NCBI GenBank assembly: GCA_963663165.1
Contig: OY760175.1
Span: forward strand, 2,240,001-2,304,000
Origin: an uncultured Desulfospira sp.
GTDB lineage: Bacteria > Desulfobacterota > Desulfobacteria > Desulfobacterales > Desulfobacteraceae
Reading direction: 5' to 3'
DNA: 64,000 bases
The translations under genes were made by a program, and so were the position numbers. The notes beneath the pieces are model-generated. The model was not told where the DNA came from. It was given only the letters and a program-made list of their open reading frames with translations, and made no database searches. Shown one piece after another: positions 57,196-64,000 of the stretch. Positions within the stretch are counted from its first letter, which is position 1. Each line of letters opens with the position of its first letter.

Positions 57196-58071
57196 TTGAC
57201 CTATTTTAAACTGTTAATGACCGCCGTTTTCTGGGGCGGCACCTTTATTGCCGGCAAAACCATTGCCGGCCACATTGATCCCTGGTCCGCAGCCTTTATC
57301 CGGTTTGCTATTGCCTCTGTTTTCCTGGTCTTCCTGACCATCCGGATCGACGGACGACTGCCCGCTGTCCGGCCAAAACAGATCATTCATATCTGTTTGC
57401 TGGGGCTGACCGGGATCTTTGCGTACAATGTCCTGTTTTTTACGGGCCTGTCTTTTATCAACGCCAACCGGGCCTCCCTGATCATTGCCACCAATCCCAT
57501 ATTTATCAGCCTGTTTTCAGCCCTGATCTTCAAAGAATCCTTAACCCCTTTAAAAATTGCCGGCCTGTGCCTGTCCGTAACCGGGGCCATGGTGGTAATT
57601 TCCAACGGCCATCCCGGATTGCTTTTTCAAAGCGGCATCGGCAAAGGAGAACTTGCCATTTTCGGCTGTGTGGCGTCCTGGGTGACCTATTCCCTTCTGG
57701 GCAAACCCTTGATGAAAGATTTGTCGGCTGCGGCATCGGTATGCTATGCATCCATTGCCGGGACCATCTTTCTTTTTTTCCCGGCCATAGGGCATCACCT
57801 GCTTTCAAACGCACCCCATTATACCTTTTATCAATGGGGAAGTCTGTTTTACCTGGGATTTTTCGGAACGGTTCTGGGATTTTTCTGGTATTATCAGGGG
57901 ATCCGGGAGATCGGCCCCATGAAGGCCGGGGTCTTTATCAACTTTGTCCCTTTATCAGCCATTCTCCTGGCCCGGGTCATTTTAGGGGAACCGGTTACCC
58001 CGGCCATCCTTGCCGGGGGGGCACTGGTTATTTCCGGAGTTTTCCTGACCAACTTCCAGCCAAGCCACTAA
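57196..58071 (+). CDS. DMT/EamA-family transporter
   Basis: FWGG.F, RF, ~10 TM, GE motif, F.N.VP; TTG start with AAGGAG RBS. Confidence 0.92.
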   Translation: MTYFKLLMTAVFWGGTFIAGKTIAGHIDPWSAAFIRFAIASVFLVFLTIRIDGRLPAVRPKQIIHICLLGLTGIFAYNVLFFTGLSFINANRASLIIATNPIFISLFSALIFKESLTPLKIAGLCLSVTGAMVVISNGHPGLLFQSGIGKGELAIFGCVASWVTYSLLGKPLMKDLSAAASVCYASIAGTIFLFFPAIGHHLLSNAPHYTFYQWGSLFYLGFFGTVLGFFWYYQGIREIGPMKAGVFINFVPLSAILLARVILGEPVTPAILAGGALVISGVFLTNFQPSH

Positions 58072-58251
58072 CGGATACATCTTCTTGCTCTAGCTCTTAA
58101 TCCTGCTCTTGTTCAAATTGTTTAGAGCAGGAGCAAGACAGGCATTCCTCTGCCCCGAGCTGCAATACAAAAAAAATGCCGGATATGTTTAAGCTGATGC
58201 TTAAATACCCGGCACTGATTTTGAAACTGTATAGAATGGTGTAAAGTTGAT

Positions 58252-58440
58252 CTAGTCTTCTTCGACGGTGATTGCACCTTCTTCACAGACTTCAACGCAG
58301 CTTTCACAGCCCATGCATTCTTCAGCATTGACGGGAACGGATTTATCGTCTTCCATCTCAAATACTTCTACAGGGCAAACGTCTACACATTCTTCACAGC
58401 CTACACATTTGGATTGATCAACAACTGGGGTAAATGCCAT
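58252..58440 (-). CDS. 2[4Fe-4S] ferredoxin
   Basis: CVGCEECVDVCP and CMGCESCVEVC; AAGGAGG RBS. Confidence 0.95.
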   Translation of the reverse strand: MAFTPVVDQSKCVGCEECVDVCPVEVFEMEDDKSVPVNAEECMGCESCVEVCEEGAITVEED

Positions 58441-58543
58441 TTTAATAACCTCCTTAAGATTAATGTTACTTGAATTGCTTTCATGCCTAAGCGGAATTCA
58501 AAGACCGCTTTTATAACACGTTATTTTTTTAAATCAAGCCTTT

Positions 58544-59533
58544 TTATGCGGTTAACTGAACCAGGCAGATGCCAAAATTTTCCTGGCCCCAGATAAACTC
58601 AGATTGACTTAAAAAATCAGTTCTTTCAGAAAAGATACCCAATTTGATGTTTATGCAGGCGCTACAGCCGTCAGCTGCGTCTTCCGGGATCTCTTCCTGA
58701 GTCCTTTTTTTATCCGCTATGGCCTTTTCCAGCACCCTGCAAAACGCATCCTGCCATTTTTGCTTAAGCGGACATTCATCTTCATGCACTTTTATGGATT
58801 CAATGTCAAGGCCATTTATTACATCCTTGGACTGCTCCAAAATATAATCAAAAACCGCCGGGCTTGTGGTTACCAAAAGCTTGGGGGCGGGGCTATTTTC
58901 AAGCAATGCCGTTTCACCGGCCGCCTTAAGCCAGGACAAAACCCGGCCCCCGGTCATATTGGCCCCGGGATCTGAAAAACCGGTGTTGCCCGGGGGCAGA
59001 GGATCGGTAACATCATCCTCCCCTCTTAATTCTGAAAAGAGGGTGTCCCGGCTCTTTTCCAGGGCCTGGAGCCCGGTATCGATACGCTCGTTTTCCCGGT
59101 CCAGGTTCCGGGCAAAGGTTAAAAAGACCAGGGGATCGGCCATGATATGGTTCTGGCTGTCCGGAGCCGGCCTGTTTTGAGCCCCCTGTCCCCGGGAAAT
59201 CCTGGCCTTGAGCTGGGACTGAATCCGGGTGGGGTCCGCATCATCACTGAAGTAAGGGCTGTCTTTAATCAACGCCTTAAGGTTTTTTTCATTTCCCCGG
59301 TGCATTCTGGCCCATTCCATAAAGGATTCAACCTGTCGGTGAACCCGGGTGACGGTTTCCTCGGAATGGTATTCAGGCAGAACCTTGCCCTGGCGGATCA
59401 AAGAATCCAGGGGCGACCCTTCAACCGGCCCCGATGAAACCGGCAGATACCGGAATACAGGAAAAACCGTTAACAGCGTTTTGAGCTGCACACTGTCAAT
59501 ATGGGAAAACGGGAAAAAAACGACATCCAACAT
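58544..59533 (-). CDS. Hypothetical protein
   Basis: 329-aa ORF filling the gap; no recognised motif. Confidence 0.7.
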   Translation of the reverse strand: MLDVVFFPFSHIDSVQLKTLLTVFPVFRYLPVSSGPVEGSPLDSLIRQGKVLPEYHSEETVTRVHRQVESFMEWARMHRGNEKNLKALIKDSPYFSDDADPTRIQSQLKARISRGQGAQNRPAPDSQNHIMADPLVFLTFARNLDRENERIDTGLQALEKSRDTLFSELRGEDDVTDPLPPGNTGFSDPGANMTGGRVLSWLKAAGETALLENSPAPKLLVTTSPAVFDYILEQSKDVINGLDIESIKVHEDECPLKQKWQDAFCRVLEKAIADKKRTQEEIPEDAADGCSACINIKLGIFSERTDFLSQSEFIWGQENFGICLVQLTA

Positions 59534-59548
59534 GGTAACCCTTTGTTC

Positions 59549-59600
59549 TATCTCTTGTCTCTTGTCTCTTGTTTCTTGTTTCTTGTTTCTTGTTTCTTGC
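59549..59600. repeat. Heptamer tandem array (TCTTGTT/TCTTGTC)n
   Basis: About seven units; related arrays at 87-118 and 50301-50333. Confidence 0.8.
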
Positions 59601-59659
59601 TTGTTGACTTTTACAATTTAAAATGGCTTTATACAGTAATTTTAAATGACGTGCAATTT

Positions 59660-59757
59660 ATAACGGTCACGGACCGTCTTTGGTTATCCAACCGAGCATT
59701 GGTCCACAGCAAAGTATGAAAGTCTTTTCAGGACGTTAGTGAGACTTTCATATAAAA
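59660..59757 (+). repeat. Family 1 three-hairpin repeat, diverged copy with compensatory changes
   Basis: CGGTC-acg-GACCG in place of CGGCC-acg-GGCCG; ends 10 nt before the lptD ATG. Confidence 0.85.
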
Positions 59758-59767
59758 TGGAAAAAGC

Positions 59768-62023
59768 ATGCCCTGTTTATCCAGCAGTGCGAAAGGAATA
59801 TGGGCCGGTGTTCTGGCCGGTGTTTTTTTCTGGTTATTCTCACCCTGTGTCCAGGCAGGTCCTTTTATCCAGGACCCTAAAAAGGTTCCCTGGCATATTT
59901 TTGCCAAGGAGGTCAGCTATGACCGGGACCGCGAGTTATATATTGCCAAGGATGACGTCATCATTACCGGCGGCAAGACACGGCTGGAAGCCGACTATGT
60001 TGAATTTTCCAATAAAACAAAAGATGCTTTTGCCCAGGGCAACGTGGTCCTGATCTCGGGCCAGGATTCCATTTCCTGCAACGCCATGCAGATCAACCTT
60101 GTTACCGAGCAGGGACTTATCGACAAAGGCACCATTTTCATCCAGAAGAACCACCTGTACCTGAACGGGGAAAACATCAAAAAAACCGGGGAGTTTTCAT
60201 ACAGTGCCGAAAAAGGCGCCATTACCTCCTGTGACGGGAAATCACCGGACTGGAAAATTTCAGGCCGGAACATCCGGGTAACCATAGAAGGATATGGATA
60301 CGCGTCCCATGCGACGTTATGGGCCAAAAAAGTCCCGGCCCTGTATGCCCCCTTTCTGGCCTTCCCGGCCAAAACCAAACGGCAGACCGGGCTTCTGGTC
60401 CCCAATTTTTCCTACTCCGACCGGTTGGGGTTTGAATATGAACAGCCTTTGTTTATAGCCCTCTCCAGAAGTACGGATGCCACTTTGTATCTGGATTATC
60501 TCTCGGACAGGGGAATTAAAACCGCCGGGGAATTTCGATATGTCCTGGATGAAAACTCCAAAGGGACGATGATTTTAGATTATCTGAACGATGACAAGAT
60601 TGATGACGGGACAAGTGAAACTGAGGAGTATGCTTTCAGTTCAACCAGCAAGCGAACCAACAGGGACCGGTACTGGTTCAGGATGAAAAGCGACCAGGAT
60701 CTGCCGGCCGGATTCAAGGCCAAGCTGGACCTGGATATTGTCAGTGATGCGGATTACCTTCTGGAATTTAAGGACGGTTACACCGGATACCATACCATTC
60801 ATGACTATTTTGACGAAGAATTCGGACGGGATTTAGACGAGTATGATGACACCACCCGGGAAAACAGCCTGACCATATCCAAATCCTGGGACCAGTACAG
60901 CCTTACCTTCAAAACCCTCTGGTATGATAATGTGGTGGCCAGGCAGAACGATACCGATGATTATACCCTCCAAACCCTGCCCAGCGTGGAATTTGACATT
61001 TCCAAACATGCCCTGGGAGACAGCCGGTTCTACTATAGCCTGGATTCGGAGTTCAGGTCGTTTTACCGGCAGGACACCATCAGTGAAAACCGCAAACGGG
61101 TTAACGGCCAGCGGCTGGATATTTACCCCAAACTCTATTATCCCTTGACCATCTGGAAAAGTTTTTTCTTTGAACCTTATGTCGGCGCCCGGGAAACCAT
61201 TTATTATACGGATAATTATACAGATAAATCTGATGATGACGACAGCATCAGGAGTCGGGAATATTATGAACTCGGCGCACAGTTGTCCACCAAAATATCG
61301 AGAGTATTTAATCTGAACAATGGGTTTGCTGAAAAAATCCGCCATGAAATTGCCCCTTCCCTGGAATACCAGTATATCCCTTACAAGAAGCAGGATAAAC
61401 TGCCCTATTTTGATTCCCTGGACAGCATTGATGAGGAAAATGTCATCACCTGGACCATTGCCAACACCTTTACCTCCAGAAAAACGGTTCCGGGAAAAAA
61501 CGGCCAGGCCGGCCACAGTTACAAGGAACTGGCCTGGATCGAATTTTACCAAGATTATGATATCAATATTGAACAGGACCATGAAAAAGGCAACGGCAGG
61601 CCCTGGTCGGACATCCATATGGAGAGCGAGATCAACCCGATACCCTACCTGTCCCTGGATACGGATATTGACTGGTCCCCCTATACCGGCCATTTCACCA
61701 AAATATACTCCGGGGCAACCTTGAAGGACAACCGGGGGGATACCTTTACCAGCCGGTACCGGCTCAAGAAAACAGATGATGCCACGGTAACCCTGAGAAC
61801 ATGGTACACCAGATTCTACGCGCGGCTGACCCGGTCCATAGGGGCCTATCTTTCTTTTGAGCAGGACCTTAAAGAAAGAAACACCATTGAAACCATTGCC
61901 GGATTTGAACTGGATAAATCCTGCTGGGGCCTGAACCTTGAATACCAGGAATCAGACGGGGGTTCCCAAAAGGTCCTGTTTTTGATTATTCTTAAAGGCA
62001 TCGGAGAATTCGGCCAGAAATGA
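59768..62023 (+). CDS. lptD: LPS assembly protein LptD
   Basis: OstA-like N-terminus (I.A..V.YD, L.AD, A.GNV), ITSC...PDW, P..Y.P, RQTGLL.P, beta-barrel, final-strand CW. Confidence 0.9.
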   Translation: MPCLSSSAKGIWAGVLAGVFFWLFSPCVQAGPFIQDPKKVPWHIFAKEVSYDRDRELYIAKDDVIITGGKTRLEADYVEFSNKTKDAFAQGNVVLISGQDSISCNAMQINLVTEQGLIDKGTIFIQKNHLYLNGENIKKTGEFSYSAEKGAITSCDGKSPDWKISGRNIRVTIEGYGYASHATLWAKKVPALYAPFLAFPAKTKRQTGLLVPNFSYSDRLGFEYEQPLFIALSRSTDATLYLDYLSDRGIKTAGEFRYVLDENSKGTMILDYLNDDKIDDGTSETEEYAFSSTSKRTNRDRYWFRMKSDQDLPAGFKAKLDLDIVSDADYLLEFKDGYTGYHTIHDYFDEEFGRDLDEYDDTTRENSLTISKSWDQYSLTFKTLWYDNVVARQNDTDDYTLQTLPSVEFDISKHALGDSRFYYSLDSEFRSFYRQDTISENRKRVNGQRLDIYPKLYYPLTIWKSFFFEPYVGARETIYYTDNYTDKSDDDDSIRSREYYELGAQLSTKISRVFNLNNGFAEKIRHEIAPSLEYQYIPYKKQDKLPYFDSLDSIDEENVITWTIANTFTSRKTVPGKNGQAGHSYKELAWIEFYQDYDINIEQDHEKGNGRPWSDIHMESEINPIPYLSLDTDIDWSPYTGHFTKIYSGATLKDNRGDTFTSRYRLKKTDDATVTLRTWYTRFYARLTRSIGAYLSFEQDLKERNTIETIAGFELDKSCWGLNLEYQESDGGSQKVLFLIILKGIGEFGQK

Positions 62024-62544
62024 ACGACGAGTTAAAATGGCTTGCCCTGTTGACCCGGAGCAATTTCGAGCAGACCGTCTGCGATCAGATCACCAAAAAG
62101 CGGATTGAAGTCTTCCTTCCCAAAAAAAGAAAGCCAAGCCGGCGCAAAGACAGAAAATTAATGATTGAAGTTCCGTTGTTTCCAGGGTATCTTTTTGTCA
62201 GGTCGACCATGGCACCGGCATACCAGCTCAACGTTCTGAAAACGACCGGTGCGGTCCGGTTTTTAGGGAATACCCAAGGGCCCATTCCCGTGCCTGATTT
62301 TCAGGTGGACGCCCTTAAAATCATGACCAGCACCCGCCAGGACCTGGTCACCGGCAGCATTGTTCAGCTGAAAAAAGGCGACCCGGTAATAATCCTGGAA
62401 GGCCCAATGGCCGGGCTTAAAGGAGAGTTTTCCCAATACAAGGGAAAGGGCCGGGTCATCATCAAGGTAGACCTTTTAGGCCAGTTTGCAGGCGTTGAGG
62501 TCGAATCGGACAATATTGAAAAAGTGCCAGACTTTTTATCATAA
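62020..62544 (+). CDS. NusG-paralog antiterminator (UpxY/LoaP/RfaH-like)
   Basis: W....TRSNFE, FLP, PLFPGYLFV, G.VRF.G, KOW GD.V.I.EGP..G..G. Confidence 0.9.
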   Translation: MNDELKWLALLTRSNFEQTVCDQITKKRIEVFLPKKRKPSRRKDRKLMIEVPLFPGYLFVRSTMAPAYQLNVLKTTGAVRFLGNTQGPIPVPDFQVDALKIMTSTRQDLVTGSIVQLKKGDPVIILEGPMAGLKGEFSQYKGKGRVIIKVDLLGQFAGVEVESDNIEKVPDFLS

Positions 62545-62622
62545 CTCCTTGACTTTTTATGATTTTTTAATTACAACCCCTTTACATTAATATTTATGGT
62601 TTTGTAAAACTACAGAGGAACT

Positions 62623-62898
62623 ATGAACAAACTTGAGCTAATTTCCACCTTAAAAGAACGGTCAAATTTAACCAAATCAGAGGCAGCAGAGGTTATCAGA
62701 ATCTTTTTTGACTCGCTTTCCGATGCATTTGTAAACGGAGAACGGGTTGAAATCAGAGGGTTTTGCAGTTTTCACATCAAAGAATACAAAAGCTATACCG
62801 GCAGAAACCCCAAAACCGGCCAGAAAGTATTGATCCCCCCGAAACGGCTCCCGTTCTTCAAATGCGGAAAAGAACTTAAAGAAAGGGTAGATTACTAA
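62623..62898 (+). CDS. ihfB: IHF/HU-family DNA-binding protein (IHF beta-like)
   Basis: MNKLELI, GERVEIRGF.SF, GRNPKTG, PFFK.GKELKERVD. Confidence 0.88.
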   Translation: MNKLELISTLKERSNLTKSEAAEVIRIFFDSLSDAFVNGERVEIRGFCSFHIKEYKSYTGRNPKTGQKVLIPPKRLPFFKCGKELKERVDY

Positions 62899-62924
62899 TT
62901 TTTTGGGTCTGCCTTTGCTGATGA

Positions 62925-63959
62925 ATGATGCGGGTTCCTGATCAACATACGCTCTTGCCTCCGGAATTAGACCGTATCGTTCAGACCCGGAAAATCCCCA
63001 ATGCCTTTTTGTTTACCGGCAACCCGGGAACCGGAAAAGCCCATTGTGCGTTTGAATTTGCAAAGGCAGTCAACTGCCTTGGGGGGGACGGCAAAAAGGC
63101 TTGCCTTAACTGCATCTCCTGTAAAAAGATAGAATCCGGAATGCACCCGGACATGGTCCATGTCCATCTTCTTGATAAAAAAAGAGACATCTCCATTTCG
63201 CAAATCCGGGAAATGGAGCAGCTAACCGTGGTCAGGCCCAATGAGGCCAGGTTTCGGATGGTGTTGATATCCGATGCCCCAAAAATGACGGTTCAGGCCC
63301 AGAACGCCCTGCTCAAACTGCTGGAAGAGCCTCCGGACCATACCTTTTTTATCCTTACATCACCCGGGCTTTCCGGCCTGGTGGCCACCATTATCTCCAG
63401 ATGCCGGCAGATCCGGTTTAAGTCGGCGGGAAGCCGTGAAATGGCCCGGCAGTTAGCCGATACCTATCCGGTGGCGCCTCAAAAAGCCCTCATTGCCGCC
63501 CGGACAGCCGGGGCCGACATGCAAAGGGCCTTAAGTCTCTTAAACCTAAGCACTTTTCCTGAAACCAAAGAAAAACCGGACTGGCAAAAAAGAAGAACCT
63601 GGATACTGGAACAGCTGACAAACCTGTTTTTATCGGGATTTGGTAATGGCAGATATTTGTTTTTATCTGAAAAATTAAGCCGGGAGCCTGAGCTTATCCA
63701 GGAGTGGCTGTGCATCATCCGGTCTTTCTTCAGGGATCTGTGCGTATTCTCCCTTGACCCTGAAAAAATAGCAAACCTTGATTTTTCAGAGCGGTTAACC
63801 GATATTGGTCAAACCATGGAAAAAGAAACAGGCATGAAAATGATGGATGTTTTTTTTGAAACCGAGCAGCGCTTGGGTTCCAACAGTTCCATCAGGCTGA
63901 CCCTGGACCGTTTTTTCATTAAACTATCCGTTATCTATAACGGTCAAGGTCCATCTTAA
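62925..63959 (+). CDS. holB: DNA polymerase III delta' subunit
   Basis: AFLF.G..GTGK, C..C.SC, HPD, I.QIR, AQNALLK.LEEPP, TI.SRC. Confidence 0.93.
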   Translation: MMRVPDQHTLLPPELDRIVQTRKIPNAFLFTGNPGTGKAHCAFEFAKAVNCLGGDGKKACLNCISCKKIESGMHPDMVHVHLLDKKRDISISQIREMEQLTVVRPNEARFRMVLISDAPKMTVQAQNALLKLLEEPPDHTFFILTSPGLSGLVATIISRCRQIRFKSAGSREMARQLADTYPVAPQKALIAARTAGADMQRALSLLNLSTFPETKEKPDWQKRRTWILEQLTNLFLSGFGNGRYLFLSEKLSREPELIQEWLCIIRSFFRDLCVFSLDPEKIANLDFSERLTDIGQTMEKETGMKMMDVFFETEQRLGSNSSIRLTLDRFFIKLSVIYNGQGPS

Positions 63960-64000
63960 TGATACCCCCATTTTAAGATGGCCCCAGAACAAAAAAACAA

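Noticed and set aside
1..64000. CRISPR array, integron attC array, prophage, transposase
   Set aside because: Repeats are dispersed singly with no regular repeat-spacer period; no cas, integrase, phage or transposase ORFs recognised.

Overview
A 64-kb chromosomal window. Gene content and style suggest a sulfate-reducing Desulfobacteraceae-like bacterium (inference). Coding content, in order: membrane Ser/Thr kinase + paralogous kinase-less sensor + PP2C phosphatase; FeeM-like N-acyltransferase; double-domain CDP-alcohol phosphatidyltransferase; cinA; radical SAM; attenuator-controlled trpEGDCF; HD-GYP protein; TonB/FecCD-type uptake operon with a methyltransferase and a long structured leader; MarR; two hybrid histidine kinases and a REC-HD-GYP regulator; YhhN + SLC12-like cotransporter; mtaP-apt-Fic-like; an orphan gene; pstSCAB; dnaX-ybaB-recR; degenerate HD-GYP-motAB; LysM; GspE/PilB ATPase; EamA; ferredoxin; lptD-upxY-ihf-holB. 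I recognised no transposase, prophage, CRISPR array, rRNA or tRNA. The intergenic DNA holds at least five families of small repeats: a ~97-bp three-hairpin element with compensatory base changes, two MITE-like TIR families, GTAG-type REPs and inverted heptamer arrays. Best novelty candidates: the receptor-kinase/co-receptor/PP2C module, the unassigned riboswitch-like leader, the three-hairpin repeat and the catalytically dead HD-GYP coupled to a Na+-type stator. All calls were made by eye from motifs; no database searches were run.
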